Shown here one piece after another: positions 9,687 to 18,460 of a DNA stretch of 48,349 bases. The position numbers were made by a program, and so were the translations under genes. The number at the start of each line of letters is the position of its first letter. Within the stretch, counting starts at the first letter, position 1. Under the pieces are notes generated by a model, which worked only from the letters and a program-made list of their open reading frames with translations, did no database searches and was not told the DNA's origin. Source of the stretch: a virus (taxonomy: Duplodnaviria; Caudoviricetes); IMG/VR virus record IMGVR_UViG_3300024988_000243, positions 1 to 48,349 of that record. One strand, 5' to 3'.

Positions 9687-9932
9687 ATGGCTAAAAGAAA
9701 ACTATCGTACTCTCAATATTTAACAAGCACCCCAAAGAAGCGTAGTATTTACTTCTGGGCACGCCGCGGGACTTCATTATTGATTGCCCTAGGAATAGGT
9801 GGTTGGGCTTAATCTTATATTGGTCACACTGGAGCAGTTATCGCAGGAATAACAATATTTTTATTGGTTTATGTTCTTATATCGCATTATTTGGCTTTAA
9901 TGGTTATGGCTATAGAAGATATGATGAGTTAA
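9687..9932 (+). pseudogene. Small membrane protein gene with one premature stop
   Basis: MAKRKLSY...GIGGWA*SYIGHTGAVIAGITIFLLVYV...MMS*; in-frame TAA at 9810-9812. Confidence 0.55.
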
Positions 9933-10238
9933 TTTATTATGTACATCTATATAACTAGATGTTGATAGTAAAAATTTAAGTGATAATTTAAAGTTAAATT
10001 GAATGTGTAAGAGTTAAGGGATCATTCCTCTTATTATTGTATGTTTAATGCATAATATATACGCTAGCACTATAAAGCTATCACCAAAGGACAATAATGA
10101 GATGAGCTTAAAGAAAGATTTGAAGTTAGCTACTGACTATTATGCAAACAAATTGAGTATTAAGTGTACATAATTCATTGATAAATGAAATAAAACTTGC
10201 TTATAGATTGATATAGGCGTACAAAGCTATCTCATCGG

Positions 10239-10315
<77 letters not shown>

Positions 10316-10346
10316 ATTTAACTTTACATACGAAAGTTAAGTTAAG

Positions 10347-10373
10347 AAAAAACCTACAATGTAGGTTTTTTTT
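10347..10373 (+). terminator. Intrinsic terminator after the tRNA
   Basis: AAAAAACCTACA-at-GTAGGTTTTTTT. Confidence 0.8.
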
Positions 10374-10511
10374 GTGTCTGTATTTTATAGAAATTTGAAT
10401 AAATAATGCATATTTGAATATTCAAAAAAATCTTGTTAAATTGATTAGATCAGAAGAATAATTCTGAATTTAAAACATAATGAAAACATAAATAAGAAAG
10501 GTAAAAAAAAT

Positions 10512-10724
10512 ATGTCTCAAAAAGAAACTGGTATTGTTAAGTGGTTTAACGATGAAAAGGGTTTTGGTTTTATTGCGCCTGATAATCGTGGTGTAGATAT
10601 ATTTGCACATTATAGCGAAATTCAATGCGATGGTCACCAAACCTTAAAGGAAGGACAGCGTGTTTCTTATATTGTTGGTCAAGGCTTAAAAGGACCTCAA
10701 GCAACTAAGATTACTGTTCTTTAA
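10512..10724 (+). CDS. csp: Cold-shock protein (CspA family)
   Basis: GIVKWFN, RNP1 KGFGFI, RNP2 IFAHYS, GLKGPQA. Confidence 0.97.
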   Translation: MSQKETGIVKWFNDEKGFGFIAPDNRGVDIFAHYSEIQCDGHQTLKEGQRVSYIVGQGLKGPQATKITVL

Positions 10725-10742
10725 TTTAGTTACATCATGAAG

Positions 10743-10766
10743 AAGCCCACCCTTGTTGGGCTTTTT
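10743..10766 (+). terminator. Intrinsic terminator after csp
   Basis: AAGCCCA...TGGGCTTTTT. Confidence 0.7.
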
Positions 10767-10961
10767 AATTTTTATACAAGGTTGGTGCATTAAAGTCGAA
10801 GGCTTTTATAATGCACAATTTAATCAAGTAGTTTTGATAATTGATTTTTCATGTGATACATCTAATTTATTCCATTTTTCTGCTAAATTAAAAATTGTCA
10901 TTTAGATATATTTTATTTTATTTTATATTTGACTGACAATAATCATAAAATGGATAACTAA

Positions 10962-11876
10962 ATGAAGAAATTAATCATAATTTTTATTCCTCTATGCTTT
11001 ACTGGATGCACGTCTTTAAAAAAACATAGAGCACCTTATGAAATCCCTAATGTAACAATTCAGACCAGCCAAAATATTAAGGGAGATATTCTACAATCGC
11101 AACATGATAGGTATTTATATGCCTATAAAAATGCACTAGAAGCAGAAGGGTATACTGTTAATTTTAATGAGGTTAATAAAAAAACTGGCTTAAAAATGAT
11201 AACTATAAGTAATTTAAACTTGCGTAACACAACTCAGGCGGAATTGGACAATAGAAAAAAAGTAAACTTTCATTTATTCAATGAAGGTGCTATTTATGCG
11301 AAATCAATATGTAACAACTTTTTCATCCAAGTAGATGTTGCTAAGTCAAATAGAGAACATACAAGAAAACAATCAAATATCATTGGGGGGTTGCTCTCAG
11401 CAGCATTAGGTCTTACTCAATCCTCTACACAGGCTATTAGTGCGGTTGGCGTTTCATTTAGTGGAGTTGACTCAATGTTTAGTGCATATGATAGCTCTTT
11501 TGTAATTAGTCCTACTCTTGGTTTAGTGCAACAAGCAGCTTTAGCAAATATGGATTTATTTTATAAGGGTGTGAAAAAGGATGACTTTGAGCAAGTATCT
11601 CAAGTAATGAATGCATTGGCTGCGTATAGTGCGCCATGCACTCAAGTCGGATTACAATCGATTGTAGATAAATCCATTAAACAGACTACATCTCTAGAAA
11701 TTGAAGCAAAAGGGTTTAATGGTAGTGAAACTATTTCTAAAGCTTTAGAAACCATTAATCAGCAGAGTAAGGACATGGAAAAACTTCGGAAAGATGTAGA
11801 TAACTACAAAAATCAATTGGAACAATTAATTAAGCCCAATAAACAAATAAATCAGAATATAAATAATTCTGAATAG
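10962..11876 (+). CDS. Accessory lipoprotein
   Basis: MKKLIIIFIPLCFTGC lipobox, central Gly/Ser hydrophobic hairpin, C-terminal coiled coil. Confidence 0.75.
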   Translation: MKKLIIIFIPLCFTGCTSLKKHRAPYEIPNVTIQTSQNIKGDILQSQHDRYLYAYKNALEAEGYTVNFNEVNKKTGLKMITISNLNLRNTTQAELDNRKKVNFHLFNEGAIYAKSICNNFFIQVDVAKSNREHTRKQSNIIGGLLSAALGLTQSSTQAISAVGVSFSGVDSMFSAYDSSFVISPTLGLVQQAALANMDLFYKGVKKDDFEQVSQVMNALAAYSAPCTQVGLQSIVDKSIKQTTSLEIEAKGFNGSETISKALETINQQSKDMEKLRKDVDNYKNQLEQLIKPNKQINQNINNSE

Positions 11877-11885
11877 GTCAATGTT

Positions 11886-12401
11886 ATGGGTACTTTAAAC
11901 TTAACGGCAGTCACACCAGATACACCGTATATCAAAAAAATCAAATTAGCTTTAGAAAAGGCAACAGGTCAAAGCATTCCCTTAGTTGAAATTAAAAAGG
12001 TTCAGCGTAAAGGTGGTGTAAGCGTTGTACCTATCTTTTTAGTATTTGCTGGTGGACAAGAGCTAACATTATTCGCTCGTGCAAGTGCAGATGTCTTCAA
12101 ATCTGAATTGAACGGAAAAGAGATCGTTTTAGCAGGTGATTTCAGTGACGATTATCAACAGACTTTTGATAACGCCGTTTCTGGAATGGCAAAGTTAATT
12201 CGTGAATCACAAGCCAAAGTTGAGCAACAAAACCAAAAAGAAAAGGTCAAATTGCCACCACGAAAAAATCGTAGTATCCAGCAGCAAATCAGTGATAAGC
12301 GCGAAGAAGAAACACAACTCGATCAAGAGCTATCAAATCTGACAGCACAACGAGATCAACTACTCGAGCAATTGAAACAAGCACAGGCAAATGCAGCTTA
12401 A
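11886..12401 (+). CDS. Hdf/DarA N-terminal-like head-associated protein
   Basis: KKVQRKGGVSVVPIFLVFAGGQELTLF resembles the DarA_N fold and the GQTITIVF block of the 35990 ORF; coiled-coil tail. Confidence 0.65.
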   Translation: MGTLNLTAVTPDTPYIKKIKLALEKATGQSIPLVEIKKVQRKGGVSVVPIFLVFAGGQELTLFARASADVFKSELNGKEIVLAGDFSDDYQQTFDNAVSGMAKLIRESQAKVEQQNQKEKVKLPPRKNRSIQQQISDKREEETQLDQELSNLTAQRDQLLEQLKQAQANAA

Positions 12402-12409
12402 AAGCCATA

Positions 12410-12437
12410 AAAAAAGGCTACTTCGGTAGTCTTTTTT
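12410..12437 (+). terminator. Intrinsic terminator
   Basis: AAAAAAGGCTAC-TTCG-GTAGTCTTTTTT. Confidence 0.8.
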
Positions 12438-12504
12438 ATTGGAACAAGAATAAAAAATAGTAGCTCTGAAGCAATAACCTAAACATAAAGCTTTGGAGTC
12501 AGCC

Positions 12505-12870
12505 ATGTATCTCAACTTTCAATCTGTCATCGTTGATATTTTTATAATTGCTTGCTTTGTTATGCATGTCTGTCTTGCATTTGGCAGCATTAAATCAATG
12601 TCAGCAGCTTTATCCGCCTTATTAAACAAAGGAGTAGCTGACGTTATATTCAAGAAAGTAAAACGATTGATCTATGTATTATCATTTCTCATTTTAAGTA
12701 TCTCTTGCCTGATTACATGGCGATGTTATGAATTGCTTTCATTCTTGGATGTGAGTGGTTTTGGGCTCTATATCTTTCTGAGTGCTTTTTTAATTTATGG
12801 CTTTGGAATTTTAGCGATTTATTCCTTCTGTAAAATTCTGCTCATGACAGCACATAGGGCAGGCTTATGA
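12505..12870 (+). CDS. Small multi-pass membrane protein, first gene of the baseplate operon
   Basis: Three hydrophobic segments; GGAG RBS before ATG 12505. Confidence 0.7.
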   Translation: MYLNFQSVIVDIFIIACFVMHVCLAFGSIKSMSAALSALLNKGVADVIFKKVKRLIYVLSFLILSISCLITWRCYELLSFLDVSGFGLYIFLSAFLIYGFGILAIYSFCKILLMTAHRAGL

Positions 12871-13205
12871 TCGATTACAACAAAATCTTAGCAATGATCG
12901 CGCATTGGTTAGAGTCAGAGATCAATGGATATATTGGTTCAGATTATGGCCCAGACTTTAATAGTTTGTTTTTAGCACCGTTAAGCGCACCAGTTGCCAA
13001 TACCTTTATTCAAAAAATGAAAAGCGATATTCCAATCCTAAAACAGTTAAGCGCTGATCAATTTCAGATGTGGGCACAAGACGAAGGTTTTGAGACCAAA
13101 ATTATCTACTTAAGAATTGGTCAACAGATCGTAATTAATTTAAATGAAGTGCGCGAGAAGCAATTAGCGCGAAATGGAGAAACCTTCGATGTTGACGCAA
13201 GCTGA
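12867..13205 (+). CDS. Baseplate wedge/sheath initiator (gp25/gpW-like)
   Basis: HWL...NGYIGSDYG motif, size, and position before the J-like gene. Confidence 0.6.
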   Translation: MIDYNKILAMIAHWLESEINGYIGSDYGPDFNSLFLAPLSAPVANTFIQKMKSDIPILKQLSADQFQMWAQDEGFETKIIYLRIGQQIVINLNEVREKQLARNGETFDVDAS

Positions 13206-14631
13206 TTTTGAAGCACGATTGATTGCCAATATAGATGATTTTGAAATACTGGAACGTTATAACGCACAAGATCCAATCGTCTTAAAATTCTTACGCTCAT
13301 TGGGTGCATATCTTGCATTATTCGGTCAAGAATTTGAAATTTCTGAACTTGAACCATTCAAAAAAACACGAGATCGTTCCATCCTAGCCGATGCATCAAA
13401 CAAGGGTATTCTCCCTATTGGGATGCCTACACAGCATATTTTGGAGGTCATTAACCGATCTGCAAATAGTATTACGCTGAGCCAAGGACGATTAATTGAG
13501 GACAATAGTGGTGGGCGATATTGGCGGTTATTGCAATCTGTCACTGTTTCAGCAGGTTCTACAGGTGAAGTTTTAGTAGAACAAAGTGAATATAGAGAAA
13601 TTCAATATACGATATCCAATTCTGAAAGTTTTCATCGTTATGAGCTGAAGCTACAAGATGATTTGGCTTTAGCTGGATTAACAGTTCGAGATAATACCAA
13701 TCAGAGTTATCAGTTAAAAAAACGCTGGATGAATGTCGCGCCTTTAGATCATGCATTTAATCTTACAACGGACAGCCTACGCCGTGTCTTTGTCGAGTTT
13801 GGTGATGATGACAGAGCAGGGCGAACAGCTGCAGCAAACCAGACTTTTACTTTTGGCATCCTTGAGACTTATGGAGATGTAGACGTTTCAAGATTAAAAG
13901 ATGCGTCATTAGCTGAGGTTTTAACGACAGATGAAACCAAAGTGTCAGTACGTTTTAAGCAAGGCGGTGTTGTTCGAAAGGGTGCAGATCCTTTAAATAT
14001 TTCACAGTTAAAAGTGCTTTCAACTTATCCAGCACTTTATGATGAAGATGCCGTATTTTTAGGTAATTTTGATCAAGCTGTAAGAAAAAAGTTTATGGCC
14101 CGTTGTCACTATATTGCGGTATGGAATGAGAACGAACAAGATCGGTACTATGGGGCAACATACCAGGATATAAATCATTTACATATTGCCGTAGTTGCAA
14201 AGGATATTGCTGAGCAAGCAAGCTTAGAACAAGAAATCATTCAATACATTGGACAAATTGATAACCTGTATAAAGATCGGGTACGTGTACACGCCGTTGT
14301 TGAAAAACCATTTGTGGTGACTTTTAAAGGGAGCTTAGCAGCGGTACATGCCGTTGATGTTGTAAAAGCACAAATTAAAGAGTTGTTTTTGGAACGATAT
14401 GGACAGACACAGCTGAGTTCAAGCCGTTGGTTAGTCACAGGGTTTAATTCACAGGAAATCTCAACGCAGGTACGCAATAAAATTACAGCCTTTCAGGACA
14501 ACATTAGTGACTTTTCGTTGATGGTTCCCAATGAGCTGAATAAACCACATGAATGGGTTTATATGTCAGCAAATAGCATCACCATCATTTTAGAACGGTC
14601 CGCTGAAATGGGGGTTGCATGGAACCTATAA
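13174..14631 (+). CDS. Baseplate wedge protein (gpJ / P1 BplA-like)
   Basis: RDRSILADASNKG, VEFGDDDRAG and KGADPL motifs; possible start at 13189. Confidence 0.75.
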   Translation: MEKPSMLTQADFEARLIANIDDFEILERYNAQDPIVLKFLRSLGAYLALFGQEFEISELEPFKKTRDRSILADASNKGILPIGMPTQHILEVINRSANSITLSQGRLIEDNSGGRYWRLLQSVTVSAGSTGEVLVEQSEYREIQYTISNSESFHRYELKLQDDLALAGLTVRDNTNQSYQLKKRWMNVAPLDHAFNLTTDSLRRVFVEFGDDDRAGRTAAANQTFTFGILETYGDVDVSRLKDASLAEVLTTDETKVSVRFKQGGVVRKGADPLNISQLKVLSTYPALYDEDAVFLGNFDQAVRKKFMARCHYIAVWNENEQDRYYGATYQDINHLHIAVVAKDIAEQASLEQEIIQYIGQIDNLYKDRVRVHAVVEKPFVVTFKGSLAAVHAVDVVKAQIKELFLERYGQTQLSSSRWLVTGFNSQEISTQVRNKITAFQDNISDFSLMVPNELNKPHEWVYMSANSITIILERSAEMGVAWNL

Positions 14632-15758
14632 GTTTTACTCGTCCAATAGATGAGCAACCGAACAACCACATAGGCTTAGAAACTGCAATGGCAAAGGCTT
14701 TTAAACAAGTCTTTGCAGATGTATTTCAACAGCGGATTCAAGATATTTTAGATTATGGCGCACCGCACTTAGGTAGCCGTACAGTCGTTGAAAGGTTTAC
14801 AAAACAAGATGGTTTAGTGGTTTTACGCCGTCCTCAAACCTCAGATACCTTGATGCGCGTAATCTATGCAAACTGGTCAAGCATGGCAAATAAACGGGGC
14901 TTAGGATTTCTTGAGTTTGTATTGCGTATGCTATGGACTGATCAGTGGCAAATTAAACGGATGTGGCATCCAATCAGCACTTATACAAGTTACCCGTTAT
15001 ATTTGGTTGATGAAGAAAAGCCAAATCATTTTCTAACGAGTCGCATCCGTATTTCGATTGATGAATCCGTAGATTTAGCGGAATTAATTGAGCTATCTCC
15101 AATTCTTAGAAAATTAGTACCAGCCAATATCGTGGTAAAAGTACATGCCAAAGCTTTAGATACTGAGTTAGGCGATACTGAGCTTGGTGCAGCTGTAATC
15201 GCTAAAAATTATCTAATCTTTGATGAAAGTAACGGGATAACCAATAATTTACCTGTAAATCAAAACACGATTCAGGACTTTGATTTTGCAGTTATACGTT
15301 ATATCTGGGATGGTAATGGTGGTATCGATTTAGATACTCGGACGCGAATCATTAATCCATCCCGAAACATTGATGTGGGTTGGAGTAGGGCAGTTTCTGA
15401 TGGTGCGTATTTATTTTGGAATGGAGACAATACGGGAAGTGGTGTTGAATGTGTTTTGCTGAATTTAAAGCAGCTTAAACAAGATTTCTCTAACCAGAAT
15501 AACTTTGAAATCTCTTTAAGAGCGTACTGGTACTCACAAAAGAATACAGGCAATTTCAGTATTCAGTTTGAATCTTACAAAGGTGGTACCATGCAACCGA
15601 ATAACTATGATTTTGTAAATGTAGGGGGCAATTCAGTTCAAAGTATGACCTTGAATGCGAATGTTCAGCATCAACAGAATTCAAATAATGATGGTGTGGA
15701 AGTAGGTCGGTTGACTTACCACAGCTCGACACTCGAAGGCAGTTTGGCACTCATTTAA
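14619..15758 (+). CDS. Baseplate protein (gpI / P1 PmgA-like) with extra C-terminal beta domain
   Basis: KRGLGFLEFVLRMLW and FLTSRIRI blocks; C-terminal WDGNGGIDLD...GDNTGSGVE domain. Confidence 0.65.
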   Translation: MEPISFTRPIDEQPNNHIGLETAMAKAFKQVFADVFQQRIQDILDYGAPHLGSRTVVERFTKQDGLVVLRRPQTSDTLMRVIYANWSSMANKRGLGFLEFVLRMLWTDQWQIKRMWHPISTYTSYPLYLVDEEKPNHFLTSRIRISIDESVDLAELIELSPILRKLVPANIVVKVHAKALDTELGDTELGAAVIAKNYLIFDESNGITNNLPVNQNTIQDFDFAVIRYIWDGNGGIDLDTRTRIINPSRNIDVGWSRAVSDGAYLFWNGDNTGSGVECVLLNLKQLKQDFSNQNNFEISLRAYWYSQKNTGNFSIQFESYKGGTMQPNNYDFVNVGGNSVQSMTLNANVQHQQNSNNDGVEVGRLTYHSSTLEGSLALI

Positions 15759-15916
15759 TGATAGGAGTTCATCTCACTATATTTATATATTAGTTTAATG
15801 ACATCGTAAGCATGCTTAAACAGTAGATTCCCAAATAATGAATTTGGAACACTTCATAAATTAAGATTATTGAATCTGAAAAAATAGCCCTAATACACAT
15901 CTATTGGGGCTATTTT

Positions 15917-16840
15917 ATGTCTGAAACAGGTCGAAAAACGAAAAGAATTACATTTAATTTACATGAGCGTGGGCGTAAACATTCAGGCAAAGATCGAAGT
16001 AATGTTGATATGAATGAAATGATTCGACAGATCAATAGCCCGCAAGTACAAGAAATGGTTAAAACTGGCACTTTGTATGGATTTAATGGACATGAAATTC
16101 GCAAACGTTACGGGATGAATCCGCCTGACTCCACAGTTATTGATGGCAAGGTAGTCTATCTTGAGCGCTCATTTAGAACTTTAGAATGCTATGCAGATAA
16201 AAACGGGAATGTATCGCATGTCACTGAGTTTTTGGATAATGAATCTGGTGAGTGGGCACGTAAGCAATATCTGGCTCGTATAGGTGGATTTAGTTCAGCA
16301 CAAAATTATAAAAAAGCTGGATTAGGACTAATTCCTGTAGGTTTTTTTGGTTTTGACTATGTGGGTCAACCGAATTATTCAACCAATGTTGGTGATGGTC
16401 AGCTATTTGATGGACTTGCCATTCCTGTAGAACAGAATGGATTAGTCGCATGTTTTGATAGTGCAACAGACCTTACATTACTTTCACCTTCTGAAGCTAT
16501 GATTGCACATTTGCTTGAACAGCAAATTGTCCGTGACTTTGACAATATTCATACTCAGTTACAGCTTTTACAGATGAATAGTCAAGCCTTAGAACAGATT
16601 GATACTTTAGCTGGTCAAATTGCACGTAAAGAAAAGCGGCAATTAATTCAAGCACAGCGTGAGCAAGATCTAAATTCTGGTTTAGTTGGACAGACTCGTT
16701 CTTTTGACTCTGTATGCGCTGAAGCTGAAAAATTGTTAACTGAAAGTGATTTAGCACGTATGCGAATCAGTGGTGAAATGCCCAAAAACAACAAGGTTAA
16801 ACCACGTATTTTCACCAGTATGTTTAGATTTGGGGGATAA
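15917..16840 (+). CDS. Prohead protease/scaffold (P1 Pro-like)
   Basis: GFNGH, GGFSS and GFDYVGQPNY pattern (His/Ser/Asp-type prohead protease); helical C-terminus. Confidence 0.7.
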   Translation: MSETGRKTKRITFNLHERGRKHSGKDRSNVDMNEMIRQINSPQVQEMVKTGTLYGFNGHEIRKRYGMNPPDSTVIDGKVVYLERSFRTLECYADKNGNVSHVTEFLDNESGEWARKQYLARIGGFSSAQNYKKAGLGLIPVGFFGFDYVGQPNYSTNVGDGQLFDGLAIPVEQNGLVACFDSATDLTLLSPSEAMIAHLLEQQIVRDFDNIHTQLQLLQMNSQALEQIDTLAGQIARKEKRQLIQAQREQDLNSGLVGQTRSFDSVCAEAEKLLTESDLARMRISGEMPKNNKVKPRIFTSMFRFGG

Positions 16841-16846
16841 ATAGTT

Positions 16847-17653
16847 ATGTCTTTACCTAAAGATTCTCTTAAATGTATTCAGGATGCTTGGTACAAGCTT
16901 TTAATCGATTTCCGTGCATGGTACATGCCTGAAACCATTCAGACAGAAGAATGGAAAAAGCGAGATATTCGAACAGCAATCAAAAGTTGTCCGTCTCGTA
17001 TGATGGATGACTCAGAATTAATGCTGGCTGAATATCGTAAAAGCCAAAATGCAGATGTTGTAACTGGAGCAACGGCATTCATGCCAATCATGTTGACTGC
17101 TACAGCGATGTTAGATCAACCGCCTGATACGATGCAGCTTTTACCGATGCCTTATTTTGTGCCTGTTGTGATAGGCGATAAGCAAGTAAAAATCCGACTC
17201 ATCGCTAAAACTGTGAGAGCACAATTGGCTTTCTACGCAACTAATGCACATGATGCGCGATCGATCAGCGACCAGTTTTGTACGTATATACAAGATGAAG
17301 GTAAACGCCGTTTCCAAGTGCCTTTTGATATGGGCATGAATCATATTGAAAAAAGTACATTTACAATTGTGGAAAATCAATTGTTACCTTCACCTGTTCC
17401 AAGCGAAGAAATTAACCTGTCTATCTTTATTATTGATACTCAATTAGTTGGCTATACGCCACAAATTATTGGACTTGGTGGACCTAACGATAATACGACG
17501 GATAACGGTTACAATCCGGACGGTTCAGTAGTTGATAAGCCCCTTCAGGATCTAGTTGTAATTCAGGCTGATCAGTTCTCAGTAGATGGTCATACTCGTG
17601 TTTTAGCAGATCGTGATACGGGCAATATTACAGTGGAGCGTATTAATGACTAA
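16847..17653 (+). CDS. Virion structural protein (putative tail completion/neck)
   Basis: 268 aa ORF in a late operon; role inferred from context only. Confidence 0.5.
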   Translation: MSLPKDSLKCIQDAWYKLLIDFRAWYMPETIQTEEWKKRDIRTAIKSCPSRMMDDSELMLAEYRKSQNADVVTGATAFMPIMLTATAMLDQPPDTMQLLPMPYFVPVVIGDKQVKIRLIAKTVRAQLAFYATNAHDARSISDQFCTYIQDEGKRRFQVPFDMGMNHIEKSTFTIVENQLLPSPVPSEEINLSIFIIDTQLVGYTPQIIGLGGPNDNTTDNGYNPDGSVVDKPLQDLVVIQADQFSVDGHTRVLADRDTGNITVERIND

Positions 17654-18131
17654 GTTTATAAATTTTGATGCTGTTTTATTTACAGACTTTGACTCTGCCT
17701 CTTCAAATAAGATACCGAGAACAGTAGAAGAAAATATTTCTCGTGGTCGTGCGGCAATGCGAGTTGTATTGAAGACAAAACAGGATTTTGACCATGCTAT
17801 GTATACGCGGGAGTTAGGTTGGATTGATTTTATTTGGGGAGAAACAGGAGTCGTTCGTCTAAACGGAAAGACAAAGGGCGGGAAAGGGATTGTTCATATC
17901 ATTGAAGCGAGACAACGTAAGAACGCAATGACAGCTCTCGAAGTGCATGCTCTTATGTATCGAATTGTAACTACAATTGCAAGGGCTAAGCCGCATGAGA
18001 AAAATATTGTAGAACGTAATGGTGAAAGGAGATTAACAATCGAATCTGATGGGTTAAAAGTTATTTTGATTAAAGAAATATTAAGAAATGCTTGGTTACT
18101 GAGCGGGTTTGAAAATCAAACTATTGTTTGA
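17646..18131 (+). CDS. PBECR-type (phage Barnase/EndoU/colicin E5-D/RelE-like) nuclease
   Basis: AMYTRELGWIDFIWG...GKGIVHIIEAR...NAWLLSGFE pattern of PBECR1 domains; N-terminal FDA/FDS leader. Confidence 0.7.
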   Translation: MTKFINFDAVLFTDFDSASSNKIPRTVEENISRGRAAMRVVLKTKQDFDHAMYTRELGWIDFIWGETGVVRLNGKTKGGKGIVHIIEARQRKNAMTALEVHALMYRIVTTIARAKPHEKNIVERNGERRLTIESDGLKVILIKEILRNAWLLSGFENQTIV

Positions 18132-18175
18132 TATCTAAATGAAATTAGATTTAGCTCTATATTAAAATGGTAATT

Positions 18176-18272
18176 TAAAGCTATCGTTGAATATGGTAAC
18201 GCCGATGGGAAAACCATATCTACGCATTGCAATCCTACACCTCGCCGTATTGCAATGGGAGCGATAGCTTTA
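18176..18272 (-). ncRNA. Candidate structured small RNA (three-way junction)
   Basis: Perfect stems 18176-18186/18262-18272, 18191-18197/18213-18219 and 18225-18233/18249-18257, plus a minus-strand promoter. Strand is inferred from the promoter. Confidence 0.6.
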
Positions 18273-18274
18273 TT

Positions 18275-18302
18275 AATTTACTACATTTCCAAAATTTGTC
18301 AA
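18275..18302 (-). promoter_or_regulatory. Sigma70-like promoter pointing into the structured element
   Basis: Minus strand TTGACA (18302-18297), 16 nt spacer, TAAATT (18280-18275). Confidence 0.6.
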
Positions 18303-18460
18303 ATAAACAAAATCACAGAATATGTTCAACAAACATAATATTAATTCCTTTATAGAGACCAAGATTTTTAATCAATTTATATCTTTTAAAATATTGGAAC
18401 TTAGTAGCCTTAGCAAAGTATAAAAAATACAAAATAACCATAGTGATAAATAGGTGATCT

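Noticed and set aside
18176-18272. Hammerhead ribozyme or tRNA
   Set aside because: No CUGAnGA/GAAA core on either strand; no T-loop or CCA.
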